A stretch of 64,000 nucleotides of DNA, taken from NCBI GenBank assembly GCA_034669905.1, contig JAXMOL010000008.1, positions 32,001-96,000 on the forward strand, given 5' to 3'. This stretch comes from Candidatus Hydrogenedentota bacterium (GTDB lineage Bacteria > Hydrogenedentota > Hydrogenedentia > Hydrogenedentales > JAEUWI01). Of the stretch, positions 29,979 to 40,414 are shown piece after piece (within the stretch, counting starts at the first letter, position 1; the number at the start of each line of letters is the position of its first letter). Made by a program: the position numbers and the translations under genes. The notes under the pieces were generated by a model. That model saw only the letters and a program-made list of their open reading frames with translations, did no database searches and was not told the origin of the DNA.

Positions 29979-30419
29979 ATGGAAAAAATCCTAACTGTTA
30001 ATGACGTCGCTGCGATCCTGCAGGTTAAGGCCATCACCGTCCGCGAAATGTTTCGCGAAAAACGGCTTCGGGGCTTTAAAGTAGGCAAGGCCTGGCGGAC
30101 GACTGAATCGATGTTGCAGGAAGATATCAGCGCACTGGCCCGGGGAGAATCGCCGGCGGAACTTCCGACGCCTGATGTTCAGCGCTCCTCGGCGACGCCG
30201 TCGGCCACACCGGTGGCCCCGCCTCCGGTCACGCCACCTCCGGCCACGGCGCCTCCAGCCACGACGCCCGAGAAGTCTGCGGCCCCTGTTGCTTCGGCCA
30301 CCCCGGCACCCTCCGCGCCCCGGGAAACCCCCAAGCGCAAGCCTGCGGCCCGGCCGGCCCCGGTGACCCAACCGGCCTCCGAGCAGGACGACGAGGATAC
30401 GCAGCAGATGTTGTTCTAG
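29979..30419 (+). CDS. Excisionase-like HTH (HTH_17) DNA-binding protein with Pro/Ala/Thr-rich tail
   Basis: MEKILTVNDVAAILQVKAITVREMFREKRLRGFKVGKAWR; tail ends EQDDEDTQQMLF. Confidence 0.85.
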   Translation: MEKILTVNDVAAILQVKAITVREMFREKRLRGFKVGKAWRTTESMLQEDISALARGESPAELPTPDVQRSSATPSATPVAPPPVTPPPATAPPATTPEKSAAPVASATPAPSAPRETPKRKPAARPAPVTQPASEQDDEDTQQMLF

Positions 30420-30519
30420 CGCGCCGGTCGAGATTGGGGCCATCTTCCCTTGTGAGGAGCAAGGGTTAATGTAATAGCGTAACTAAACATTATGACAACG
30501 CATTGATGACGTGCTAGCA

Positions 30520-30548
30520 TTGACAAAATGAAATGGCGACTATACTAT
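30520..30548 (+). promoter_or_regulatory. Sigma-70-type promoter
   Basis: TTGACA-N17-TACTAT upstream of 30668. Confidence 0.65.
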
Positions 30549-30667
30549 ACGTGGCAATAATCTGGTGTGGTGGGGCGTCACCATTCCCTTGTAGACAAAC
30601 CGTCTAGACGCGCGAAGTCGTGCACCGGGGATTGACTTCGCCCAGCGTATCAAGGAGCGTTTGATTC

Positions 30668-31510
30668 ATGCGAATCCTGGAGTTTCTCAACGATTCGAAA
30701 GACGATATCGAGGCATCCGGGTTGATCTACGAATGTGGACTGGCCCCCATGTATCACCGCGTTTTCTCTCCGGAAGAGCAGCGGTATATCGAAGCACGAC
30801 AAGAAGATTTCCCCTTTACCCGCGGAGAGTATATCGCCTCGCGGCTGGGTGAGCATGACATGATCAGCGACCTGGCGCTCTTCTCGCAACGCTTTCGCGC
30901 CAACCTGGAAGAACGTTTTCTTGCGGCCCGCCTGAAGTCGGTGGGGGCCCAGTTCCTCGTCGAAGCCGGTGACTGGTATGCCCTTCATCTCTTTATCCAG
31001 GAAATCATCCGGGACGCCGACAATCTCCGTGCCCATCTTCCGGCGGCCCGCGAATTCACCAAAGAGTGCTGTGAAAAACACATTCGTTATACCCACCAGA
31101 TCCGCCAGGAACTGCCGGCGGGAACGGTCCAGGGGGAACACCTGGGCTACTGGGTCATGTCTCATCTCCTGGAAGAAGAAACCAATTACGACCGTGCCCT
31201 CCACTATGCCGAACAGGGTATGAATCAGGGCTGGCAGGGCAATTGGGCGCCCCGTATCAAACACCTGCAGAAACTGGCCCCACCCCGCAGCACCCAGAGC
31301 ACGATCGTCAATCTCAGTGGTGGTCACCCGCCCGGATCGGGCCACCGCCCCACGCCCCCGCCCGGCGCCCAGGCCCCGATGCTGGAAACCGCCGAACGTC
31401 ACGTCGCCTGTTCTCAGTGCGGTCAGAAAATGCGGATCCCCTCCACCTTCACCCGGGCCTTTGGGGCCTGTGTAAAGTGCGGCAACCGGGTGGATATCCC
31501 GCAAGACTAG
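30668..31510 (+). CDS. Hypothetical helical protein with C-terminal zinc ribbon
   Basis: aaggag RBS; TPR-like segment; CSQC...CVKC after a Pro-rich linker. Confidence 0.75.
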   Translation: MRILEFLNDSKDDIEASGLIYECGLAPMYHRVFSPEEQRYIEARQEDFPFTRGEYIASRLGEHDMISDLALFSQRFRANLEERFLAARLKSVGAQFLVEAGDWYALHLFIQEIIRDADNLRAHLPAAREFTKECCEKHIRYTHQIRQELPAGTVQGEHLGYWVMSHLLEEETNYDRALHYAEQGMNQGWQGNWAPRIKHLQKLAPPRSTQSTIVNLSGGHPPGSGHRPTPPPGAQAPMLETAERHVACSQCGQKMRIPSTFTRAFGACVKCGNRVDIPQD

Positions 31511-31861
31511 TGGGTCCGCCGGGGCCAAAGTGCTCCAAATTAACGCAGTGTTTACCTTATTTTCATCTGGCACATTTTTCCGGATCCTGTGCTATACTGA
31601 AGGTGCAACGCGCATGATGGCAACCTCAGCGTGTTGGGTAGAGCCGCCGCGCGGTGCCACCGGCACCACACGGCGGCTGAGTTTTTTCCGGCCCCTTCCC
31701 CCCTTTTCGCGAAACTTCCCCGCCCCGTGATCAGTCCTATGTACCGATGAACAGGTAGGCCCCTTGTTATGGGGCACCGGATGTTTGATATGGTTTTCAA
31801 ACAGCCCTTTAACCGCGACCTGGCCCCTGGCCAACTTCAGATTCTGGAAGGTTTCAGCACT

Positions 31862-32392
31862 ATGTCCGTTCGACTTCTTCGCCAATTGCTTACCCCGGTC
31901 CTCGCACTGACCCTTATCCTGGGCGCTACCCTCGTCGCCTCGGCCGACAACCATGGAGACGACGAACTCAACAAAGCCATTGCCCGGCTGAATGCCGAAC
32001 AGAAGGCCGCGTTGCTGGTCCTGGTAAAAGGTATTGTAGACACCAAGCCCTCACCGGAAGTTGAAGCCATGAAGACGGTCGCCGCCTACGTGAAGGCGGC
32101 CGAAGACGGCGACATCGAGAAGTTGCTGGCGTGCTTTTCCGAAGAATTTGAACACTATGAACTGGGAGACAAAGCGGGATTGCGGGCCTTTATTGAGGGT
32201 GTCGAAGCAGAAGGCATGCTGGAAGACATCACGGGCAACCTGGAAGATGCCGAAGCAGAAGTGGATGGGAACACGGTCACCGTCTATCCCGTTGAACTCG
32301 AAGGCATCTTCGGCACGGTCACCTATGAATTCGAGTTGAAGGCCGAAGGGGGCGCCTGGAAAATCGTCGGTTTCGATATGACGGGCGTGTAA
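31862..32392 (+). CDS. Secreted NTF2/SnoaL-like protein
   Basis: Signal peptide; YVKAAEDGDIEKLLACFSEEF...LKAEGGAWKIVG. Confidence 0.75.
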   Translation: MSVRLLRQLLTPVLALTLILGATLVASADNHGDDELNKAIARLNAEQKAALLVLVKGIVDTKPSPEVEAMKTVAAYVKAAEDGDIEKLLACFSEEFEHYELGDKAGLRAFIEGVEAEGMLEDITGNLEDAEAEVDGNTVTVYPVELEGIFGTVTYEFELKAEGGAWKIVGFDMTGV

Positions 32393-32416
32393 GCCCTCAC
32401 CACAACGTACAGCTGC

Positions 32417-32448
32417 CTGGAGGAGCCTTTGGCTCCTCCAGTTTTTTT
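32417..32448 (+). terminator. Rho-independent terminator
   Basis: ctggaggagcc-ttt-ggctcctccag-ttttttt. Confidence 0.88.
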
Positions 32449-32655
32449 GTTTCCTGGACAACAACGGGGGATGCCTCTCTCGAAACTACAAGCGCCGATG
32501 CGAAGAGGGGGTTGCCATGGGCTCTGACGAACTATGTCGCCAGCTATTCATGTACGGCAACCGCCCAAGGCACGGGCTTCCCACCTTCGCGGGGCAATTC
32601 AGCTCTTGTCAATCGTGCTATGATAAGACGATTGAGTTGATTTCCGGGATCTCTG

Positions 32656-34776
32656 ATGACGATACACAAGAAAATCCTCCTCCTGCTGCTGCTCAGCGTC
32701 AGTGTCTACACGGTGCTGGGCATCGTCTTCCAGCAATTCATCATTCTTCCGAGTTTCCATGCCCTGGAAACAGAAGAAGCCAGGAAAGATATCCAGCGGT
32801 GCGTCGATGCCCTCCACCGGGAAGTGCATCATCTCGATCTCTTTTGCTTTGACTGGGCAGCCTGGGACGATACCTATCACTACATCGCGGAACCCACCGA
32901 GGCCTACGAGCGATCCAACCTCAGCGCAGCCTCCTTTCTTGACAACAACGTCAATCTGATTTACCTGTTTGATCGCCGCGGTGACGTAGTGTGGGGCCAG
33001 TACTATGACCTCGAGGAGGAGGAGCCTGTGCCCTTTCCGGATTTTCCGGGGGAGGGCCTCGCGGCCAATCATCACCTTTTAAACCACAGCACGCGAGACG
33101 ACTACGTTCACGGCATCTACCGCTCCAGCCGAGGCCCCCTGCTGCTGGCATCACGGCCGATCCTGCCCAGTGAAGCGGCGGAGAACGAGGAAATCCGCGG
33201 CACTTTTATCATGGGACGTCTACTCAGTCCCGCCATCCTGGATGAAATCCGGCAGCAGACCCAGGTCGACCTGGAGGTCTATCCCATCGACGATGGCCGG
33301 GTTCCCGAAGCGATCCGCAGTCTCCCGGTGGAAACGGAAGAGATTCGGTACGCTTCCTCGGAAATGCTCAATGCCTTCGCCAATGTGCCGGATATCTCCG
33401 GGACGCCGACCCTGACGTTTATTACCACCGTATCACGGCGCATCATGGCCCGCGGAGAGGAAGCCATCCGTCTCCAGACGATGGCGGCCGGGGCCGCTGG
33501 CCTTGCCTTCGTGCTGTTGCTGGCCTTTTTTATGAAGGGCCTGATCTCCCACCCCCTGCAACAATTGAGCGAGCAGGTCCGCCGGGTGCGCCTGGACGAC
33601 ACGCCCGAGCCCCTGCCCACCCTGCGTCGTAACGATGAAATCGGACGGCTGGCCCGGGACTTCAACAACATGTTGCGTCGTTTGCGTCAGGAAGAGCGGG
33701 AACGGAGCAGCGCCCAACGGGCACTTGGCAACAGCCAGGCCCGACTCGAGACGATTCTCAAGACCGCCCCTGATGCCATCGTCGTCACCAATGCGGCGGG
33801 GGTGGTGGAGTCGGCCAATGATGCCGCCAGTCGCCTTTTGGGCTATCCTGCCGAGACCTTGATTGGTATGCGTGGACGGGACTTGCTCGCGGAAGAGGAG
33901 CAACGCTATTGGGTCAAGGCCGTGGCCACCTACGCAGACGCACCGGGCCCGACCCCCTTTACGGCCAACCGTGAATCGGCTATCCGCCGCCCCGACGGCA
34001 CGGTACACCCCGTTCACATCTGCGCGTCTTCCATGTACCTCGAGGGCGAATTGCATTTCACCTCTTCGGTCCGCGACATTTCGGAAATCCGCGCCATGCA
34101 GGAACGTGTAGCCCGCGCGCAACATCTGGCAAGTATCGGTGAAATGGGTGCCACTGTGGCCCATGAGATTCGCAACCCCCTGGCCGGCATGGGTGGCGCC
34201 ATCCACCTGCTTCAATCGGGCGAACTTTCGCCCCCCCTGCAGAAGGAAGCCCTCCAGGGCCTTTCGGAATCGGTCGCGCGCATTGCCCACACCGTGGACC
34301 AACTGTTGGGTTATGCGCGCCCCCTCACCCCCCGCAGCACCGTCTTCTTGCTCCGGCCCCTGCTGGAAGCCGTTTCCGAGCTCAGTCCAGGTGATAGTCC
34401 CCCGCCACAGGATGTGGATATCACATGCCCTGCTTCCCTGGGCGTGGATGCCGACCCCAATATGATCCGGCAGGTCTTCGAAAACATCTGGCAGAATGCC
34501 CAACAGGCGGCAGGCCCCAGTGGCTCCTACCGGTGGTCCGTAACGTCACGGGCGGGCACGGTCGAGATTTCCTTGATGGACAATGGCTGTGGCCTGGATG
34601 GGGCCACCGAAGCGCGCCTTTTCGAGCCTTTCTTTACGACGCGGGTCGACGGCACGGGACTGGGTCTGTCGGTATCTCTTCGAATTCTGGAGGCCCACCA
34701 TGGTAGCATTCGATTAGAAAACCGCCCGGCTGGCGGCGTAGCGGTGACGATAACGTTACCTGAAGGAGGTATATAG
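32656..34776 (+). CDS. Sensor histidine kinase, CHASE4-HAMP-PAS-HisKA-HATPase
   Basis: DWAAWDDTY (CHASE4), DEIGRLARDFNNM (HAMP), AHEIRNPL, DNGCG, FFTT...GTGLGL. Confidence 0.92.
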   Translation: MTIHKKILLLLLLSVSVYTVLGIVFQQFIILPSFHALETEEARKDIQRCVDALHREVHHLDLFCFDWAAWDDTYHYIAEPTEAYERSNLSAASFLDNNVNLIYLFDRRGDVVWGQYYDLEEEEPVPFPDFPGEGLAANHHLLNHSTRDDYVHGIYRSSRGPLLLASRPILPSEAAENEEIRGTFIMGRLLSPAILDEIRQQTQVDLEVYPIDDGRVPEAIRSLPVETEEIRYASSEMLNAFANVPDISGTPTLTFITTVSRRIMARGEEAIRLQTMAAGAAGLAFVLLLAFFMKGLISHPLQQLSEQVRRVRLDDTPEPLPTLRRNDEIGRLARDFNNMLRRLRQEERERSSAQRALGNSQARLETILKTAPDAIVVTNAAGVVESANDAASRLLGYPAETLIGMRGRDLLAEEEQRYWVKAVATYADAPGPTPFTANRESAIRRPDGTVHPVHICASSMYLEGELHFTSSVRDISEIRAMQERVARAQHLASIGEMGATVAHEIRNPLAGMGGAIHLLQSGELSPPLQKEALQGLSESVARIAHTVDQLLGYARPLTPRSTVFLLRPLLEAVSELSPGDSPPPQDVDITCPASLGVDADPNMIRQVFENIWQNAQQAAGPSGSYRWSVTSRAGTVEISLMDNGCGLDGATEARLFEPFFTTRVDGTGLGLSVSLRILEAHHGSIRLENRPAGGVAVTITLPEGGI

Positions 34777-36155
34777 TGTCTGGATCCGTCTTAATCGTTG
34801 ACGATGAAAGAATGATACGCTGGTCCTTGCGACAACGATTGGAGCAAGATGGTTTTCAGGTAACCGATGCCGAAAATGGCCAGTCAGCCCGAGAACATTT
34901 TCAGCAGGACAGCTTTGAAGTGGCGCTTTTTGACATGCGCCTTCCCGATACGGACGGCATGTCCCTGCTCAAAGAATTTCATGATGAACAGCCAGACACG
35001 CCGGTCATTATCATCACAGGCTATTCCAGTCTGGAAGGGGCCGTGGATGCCATGAAGGGGGGCGCGGCCGACTACCTTTCCAAACCCTTCGATTTAGACG
35101 AGCTGAGTATCACCGTGCAGCGTGTCCATGAAAGCAGTGTCATGCGCCGGGATATCAAAACGGAACTGAGCCAGAAACGCTCTCAGTTTGGCCTGGACAA
35201 TATTATCGGGAACAGCCCGGAAATACAGGAGGTGAAGCAGCTCATTCGCAAGATTGCGGGGGGGCAAAGCACGACGACCCTCTTGCTCGGTGAAAGCGGC
35301 ACGGGTAAGGATCTGGTCGCCCGGGCGTTGCACTACGAATCCACCCGGGGCGCCCACCCCTTTATGAATATTACCTGCACGGCGTTGCCCGAATCCTTAC
35401 TGGAATCGGAGCTCTTTGGCTATGAAGCCGGCGCCTTTACCAACGCCATGGGTCGTAAAAAAGGGTTGATAGAACTCGCCAATCGCGGCACGGTTTTTAT
35501 GGATGAGATCGGCGATATGACCCCGGCCCTGCAGGCCAAATTATTGCGCGTGCTCGAGGAAAAGTGCTTTAAGCGCATCGGTGGGGTGACGGATATTCAT
35601 GTGGACTTGCGCCTCGTCGCCGCGACCAACCGAAACCTGGAGCAAATGGTCCGCGAAGGCACCTTTCGGGAAGACCTCTACTATCGGCTGAACGTGATCC
35701 CGGTGCAGATGCCGCCCTTACGAAAGCGCACGGGCGACGTCCCCATTCTGGCCCAGTACTTCCTCAATCTCTTTAACCACGAGTTCCGAAAGAATCTGGA
35801 AGGGATTACTTCCGGTGCCCTCGATCGCTTGAACGACTACGCCTGGCCGGGCAATGTCCGTGAATTGCGCAATGTCATCGAACGGGCTGTCTTACTCAAT
35901 GACGGCGATGTCGTGAAGCGAGACGACATCGTACTCGGCCGGACGCTGCTGAATGTGCCCCGGGAAAGCCAGGGGGAATTGGTCATCCTGCCTCCCGAAG
36001 GCTGCGATCTCGCCGAAGCGGAAAAGAGTCTGCTGCGACAGGCCCTGGCCCGCACCAAGGGCAATCAAACCCACGCCGGTGCCATGTTGGGAATCTCTCG
36101 TGATCAGGTGCGCTACAAAATGGAGAAACACGGACTTCGTTCCAGCTCCTCATGA
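34776..36155 (+). CDS. Sigma-54-dependent response regulator (NtrC family)
   Basis: REC, GESGTGKD, ESELFG...GAFTNA, FREDLYYRLNV, WPGNVREL, Fis-type HTH; start overlaps the kinase stop. Confidence 0.95.
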   Translation: MSGSVLIVDDERMIRWSLRQRLEQDGFQVTDAENGQSAREHFQQDSFEVALFDMRLPDTDGMSLLKEFHDEQPDTPVIIITGYSSLEGAVDAMKGGAADYLSKPFDLDELSITVQRVHESSVMRRDIKTELSQKRSQFGLDNIIGNSPEIQEVKQLIRKIAGGQSTTTLLLGESGTGKDLVARALHYESTRGAHPFMNITCTALPESLLESELFGYEAGAFTNAMGRKKGLIELANRGTVFMDEIGDMTPALQAKLLRVLEEKCFKRIGGVTDIHVDLRLVAATNRNLEQMVREGTFREDLYYRLNVIPVQMPPLRKRTGDVPILAQYFLNLFNHEFRKNLEGITSGALDRLNDYAWPGNVRELRNVIERAVLLNDGDVVKRDDIVLGRTLLNVPRESQGELVILPPEGCDLAEAEKSLLRQALARTKGNQTHAGAMLGISRDQVRYKMEKHGLRSSSS

Positions 36156-36323
36156 GGGTCCGTACTGGAACATTCCGGCTTTCATGGTGGTGGAAATGAC
36201 CCATCAACAGCTAGTAACTGTGTCATATACCCCACTTCTCCACACCATCATCTGGTGCCCTATCCCGCGCAACCCCCTACGCTTTATAGCACTTACACAG
36301 CTTTTCGCCTGAGATTTGTCTTC

Positions 36324-36339
36324 CGGCATGGATTATGCG
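36324..36339 (+). promoter_or_regulatory. Candidate sigma-54 (-24/-12) promoter for pilin cassette 1
   Basis: cGGCATGGATTATGCg = GG-N10-GC, about 47 nt before ATG 36386. Confidence 0.6.
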
Positions 36340-36385
36340 TCGATCTTCCGGTTCCACGTCTTAGTCATATGAAGGGAGATGTACC

Positions 36386-36826
36386 ATGCCACGTATTTGT
36401 AATTCCCAATCAGGGATGAGTCTTTTGGAAGTCACCTTTGCTGCGGGCATTATGGCGACGGCCCTGTCCCTCCTCTTCGGCTCGCTTATCAGCATCAGCC
36501 TGATAGGTCGCCTGAATGAAGACAAATCGGTCGCCCATACCGAACTGGCCAGCACGATGGAGCAGCTCCGCAGTCTCGATTTTGCGGACCTGATGACCTT
36601 TACCCCGCAGACGCCCACGACCCCCGGGACCGAGCAGACCCTGAGCCTCGAAGCGTACCTTGCGGATGGCACCGTCCTGGCCTTGCCACTTACCCCCGAT
36701 CAGACGGGTGAGGTCACCGTGCCCCCGAACCTTCCCAACCCCCTGGAGGTGCGGGCCACGTTGCTCTGGCGCAATGATAAGGGCCACATTTTTCAGGCCC
36801 ATGCCACCACCTCGGTAGGGCGCTGA
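36386..36826 (+). CDS. Type IV minor pilin, PilV-like (copy 1)
   Basis: Class III signal SQSG|MSLLE plus hydrophobic helix. Confidence 0.8.
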   Translation: MPRICNSQSGMSLLEVTFAAGIMATALSLLFGSLISISLIGRLNEDKSVAHTELASTMEQLRSLDFADLMTFTPQTPTTPGTEQTLSLEAYLADGTVLALPLTPDQTGEVTVPPNLPNPLEVRATLLWRNDKGHIFQAHATTSVGR

Positions 36827-36827
36827 C

Positions 36828-37442
36828 ATGACGGGGCGCAACAAAAAGTCGCAACGTGGTGTAACGCTCCTTGAACTGATGATGGCGATGAGTATTTTGA
36901 CGGTCGTGATGGGCGTGCTCTTCACCCTCTCTATCAGCATTGGCGACACGGCGAAACTGCAGGATGTGAAGGTGGTGAACAACGATGAGGCCCGCCGCGC
37001 CTTGCAGGCCGTGGTGCCCCGCCTTCGCCATGCGCAATTTTCATCGGTAAACACGGCCGAAATGCCGGGCGACGTGCTGCGCTTTCAAATGCCCGCCGAT
37101 CTGGATGGAAACGGGACGGCCGTGAATATCAGCGGTGATCTGGAGTTGGGCGATCCCGTCACCATCCAACGGGATGTGAATGACGCCAACGAAGACGGGG
37201 TGACCGACACCCAACTCGTCATGATTTCCGGTAATACGGTTACCGTATTGGCGAATCAACTCTCCCCCGACCCAGGACCGGAACCGGTCGAGGTTGGTGA
37301 AATTGCCCCCGAGAACAACGCCGGCTTCTGGGTGGAAGAACAAAATGGTGGCATCCTTCTGACCATACGGACCCAGGGTGAATCCCGGCGCGGCACCCTG
37401 ATCCGTCAACAGTTCACCGAGCTGGTGGATCCGAGGAACTAG
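36828..37442 (+). CDS. Type IV minor pilin, PilW-like (copy 1)
   Basis: KKSQRG|VTLLE. Confidence 0.82.
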   Translation: MTGRNKKSQRGVTLLELMMAMSILTVVMGVLFTLSISIGDTAKLQDVKVVNNDEARRALQAVVPRLRHAQFSSVNTAEMPGDVLRFQMPADLDGNGTAVNISGDLELGDPVTIQRDVNDANEDGVTDTQLVMISGNTVTVLANQLSPDPGPEPVEVGEIAPENNAGFWVEEQNGGILLTIRTQGESRRGTLIRQQFTELVDPRN

Positions 37443-37444
37443 CT

Positions 37445-39163
37445 ATGCCAACGTATCAACGAAAAAAGAACGAGGGCATGGCCCTCATGATGGCGGTATT
37501 CTTTATTGGAGTCGCCGTGGTTATTGTCGGAAGCCTGTTGGGCCGTATGCTCCAGCAGCGCAAGGTAGTCGATCATTATGAAGACTACAAGAACGCCTTT
37601 CACGGCCTGGAAGGGGCCATCAGCAGCAGCAAGGTGGAGCTGGAGCAGGGCGACGACGGCATCATCGGCATGGAAGGTTGGGAGCCCCAGTGGAGCGACG
37701 AAAACGTACTCCTCCTGCCGGATTTGGACGCCGATGGCGTTTCCCCCCAACACCTCCGCACCATGGAAGACGTGGAGTTTGCCACCTATACGGTCGACTG
37801 GGCAAATGACGGGCGGGACAGCAATGGGGACGGTATTGTCGACAGCACAGCGGAGAACTGGATGTACAGCGTGTACGCCATGGCCCGTGACGGTGCGACT
37901 ACGCGTCGGGTGGAAGTGATTTACGAGGGCAGCAATGTCAACGTTTGGGAAAACGCCATCTTTGCCGGGTCGGGTCAGGCGGGCGGTCTAATCAATGGTA
38001 ATGTCAGCATCCATGGCTCGGTGCACCTGCTGGGCGACAGCCTGGTGGTGGGTGCCTTAGCCCTGGCCGCCATCGATCTGAGCGGTACGAGCCTGATCCA
38101 CAACAACTACGTCGGCATTCCCGCCAACCTGGAGGTGCGCGTCCCCCCCCTCCCCCAGACCGTATTTGAGGGCGAAACGGTCTCTACCCTGGAAGCAAAG
38201 TTGCGCGCGAAAGCAGGCCTGGTCGGCATGTCGGGCAATTCGGAGATTGGTGAAGCCAACATCCTGGGTAACAGCTACAAGGAAACAATGGATGGCCTTT
38301 TCGTCACCAATGGCTGGACAGGAAACTCGGTGATTGATGATGGAGACCGGGGCGATCCCACTTCGGCCTTCAGTGACAATGGCTGGGATGAGACCTATGA
38401 TCTGGGTGATAAGGTCCCCTTCCCCGTATTAGCCGATGATTGGCGCAATCCGACCAACGGGGCCAAGGTGCAGGACCCGGCCACGGGCACGTGGTATACC
38501 CACGAAGATTATTTTAACCAGGTCTTGCTGGCCGATCCAGACAATCCTGGTGATGGTGCCTACAACGGGGATATCACCATCAACGCGCGGGGTTCCCACT
38601 ACTATTGGAATGCCACTACGGGCGAGGAACTGTCGGGCTCCCTGCCCGCGACGGCGCCCGCGCCGACGGATGACTACATCCTCTTTAACGAATCCACGGA
38701 TGTGCTCGAAATCAACGGCCAGATACGTATCAACGGGAATCTGATCTTTAAGGGTCAGGGAAACCAGAAGACGATCAATTACTCGGGCAGGGCCGCGTTT
38801 CTTGTTTACGGAGATGTGTCGATCGACACCAGCCTCATCTCCTGTAATAATGGAGATCCGAACGATATTGCCGACAGCTTCCCGGTGGACAATATTATCG
38901 GGATTATGGCCTCCGAAGATATGATCGTCGGTTCGACGTCGCAGTTGGATATCATGGGTGCCTTTTACGCCCAGAACAAGATCCAGTCTTCCAAGCAGAC
39001 CAACGTGATGGGAACCTTTGTCTCCAACTATTTTGACATGGGTACCAACGTGCCCAATATCTATCAGGTCCCCGCGCTGGCCGACAATTTGCCCCTGGGA
39101 ATGATTGGTAATTATCCGATACTGGCAATCTCACAGGTTGCCTGGAGGGAATTGGGTTTATGA
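37445..39163 (+). CDS. Large PilX-like minor pilin (copy 1)
   Basis: KKNEG|MALMM lacking E5 as in PilX/GspK; AF..LEGAI motif; long G/N/D-rich beta domain; ends WRELGL. Confidence 0.8.
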   Translation: MPTYQRKKNEGMALMMAVFFIGVAVVIVGSLLGRMLQQRKVVDHYEDYKNAFHGLEGAISSSKVELEQGDDGIIGMEGWEPQWSDENVLLLPDLDADGVSPQHLRTMEDVEFATYTVDWANDGRDSNGDGIVDSTAENWMYSVYAMARDGATTRRVEVIYEGSNVNVWENAIFAGSGQAGGLINGNVSIHGSVHLLGDSLVVGALALAAIDLSGTSLIHNNYVGIPANLEVRVPPLPQTVFEGETVSTLEAKLRAKAGLVGMSGNSEIGEANILGNSYKETMDGLFVTNGWTGNSVIDDGDRGDPTSAFSDNGWDETYDLGDKVPFPVLADDWRNPTNGAKVQDPATGTWYTHEDYFNQVLLADPDNPGDGAYNGDITINARGSHYYWNATTGEELSGSLPATAPAPTDDYILFNESTDVLEINGQIRINGNLIFKGQGNQKTINYSGRAAFLVYGDVSIDTSLISCNNGDPNDIADSFPVDNIIGIMASEDMIVGSTSQLDIMGAFYAQNKIQSSKQTNVMGTFVSNYFDMGTNVPNIYQVPALADNLPLGMIGNYPILAISQVAWRELGL

Positions 39164-39726
39164 GCCAGGATGAAGAAAGCAATCTGAGCTGGATAATTCG
39201 TCATTGGTATATCTGGCTGGTGTTGCTGGCGGTGGGGGTGGCCATCGGCATTGGGCAGAGCGCGGGTCCCACGCCCGATGGGGTCGGGGTGCCGTCGCCG
39301 GAGAACCTGCGCCAGGATGAACTGCAGGCCAAATTCGACGTCGCGCTGGCCAAGAAGAACGAAACCGAGCCCACGCCCCTTGTAGCGTCCACAGACGAGG
39401 TGATAGATGCCCACCAGGAGCGACTGGATGAACTGGAAGTCAATCCCAACCCCGATGAATCCGCTGCGCTCTTAAACGCGCTGGGGAACCTGCACAAGCA
39501 AAAGAAACAGGACCATGCTACGGCGGCCCGCTATTTTGAGCAGGTCATTGAGCAGTATCCCGATTGGCCGGGCATCAACGCCACCTACCATCAGCTGATT
39601 GCCTGCTACACCCAGTTGGAAGACCAGGAGAGTCTTCGGATTCTGTATCGGAAGATGGTGGCCCATTTCCCGCCGGAGAGCAACGAGTACGAATATGCGC
39701 AGGCCGCCCTGGCTGGCGATATATAG
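39160..39726 (+). CDS. Membrane-anchored TPR protein (copy 1)
   Basis: N-terminal TM; LNALGNLH...AARYFEQVIEQYP; ATGA overlap with the PilX-like gene. Confidence 0.8.
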   Translation: MSQDEESNLSWIIRHWYIWLVLLAVGVAIGIGQSAGPTPDGVGVPSPENLRQDELQAKFDVALAKKNETEPTPLVASTDEVIDAHQERLDELEVNPNPDESAALLNALGNLHKQKKQDHATAARYFEQVIEQYPDWPGINATYHQLIACYTQLEDQESLRILYRKMVAHFPPESNEYEYAQAALAGDI

Positions 39727-39975
39727 CCCGTTTTTTTAGTGCTATAGTAGCCGGTATACGGACTTCCACATTCCCGGGGAGGGCCATCGGAAGCGGGAAC
39801 AAAGCCGCCTAACCGATTTATTTACGGCAGGTTACAGCATATCCAACACCACAAACCTGGCCCGCGCAGTAAATTCTTTCCCAAACCAAGAATAATGTCT
39901 TCCCGACGATTGTTTCGTATTTCATGGTAGGATGCATCTAGGCAACCGTGAGTAATACTGACAGGATTTAGACGG

Positions 39976-40413
39976 ATGAAGTGTGTCGTAAAACCAAATT
40001 CGGGCATGAGCCTGCTGGAACTGACCTTCGCATCGGGTATCCTGGCGATGGCGTTGTCCCTGCTGTTTGGCTCCCTGATTTCGATTACCCTGGTGGCCCG
40101 GATCAATGAGGATATGGCCGTCGCGAACATCGAGCTGGCCAATGTGCTGGAAGGGGTCCGAAGCATGACCCTGGATGAATTGCGCGACTATGAGGCCCCT
40201 CCCCTGGAAAAGCCGGGTACCAAGCAGGCGGTTTCGTTGGTGTTTTATGATGAGTTTGGGGAGCAGGTGGCGCTGCCGCTGTCGGACGACGATGCGGACA
40301 AATTCGAATCGCCGGACTTGCCCAATCCCCTGGAGCTGGAAGCGACGTTGTTGTGGAGCAATCAGAAGGGCCACATGTTCCGGGCGAGTGCGACCACGCT
40401 GGTGGGGCACTGA
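39976..40413 (+). CDS. Type IV minor pilin, PilV-like (copy 2)
   Basis: NSG|MSLLE; shares LSLLFGSLISI and LPNPLE..ATLLW with copy 1. Confidence 0.8.
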   Translation: MKCVVKPNSGMSLLELTFASGILAMALSLLFGSLISITLVARINEDMAVANIELANVLEGVRSMTLDELRDYEAPPLEKPGTKQAVSLVFYDEFGEQVALPLSDDDADKFESPDLPNPLELEATLLWSNQKGHMFRASATTLVGH

Positions 40414-40414
40414 T

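Noticed and set aside
29979..31510. Prophage or integrative element
   Set aside because: No integrase, att site, tRNA or phage structural genes nearby
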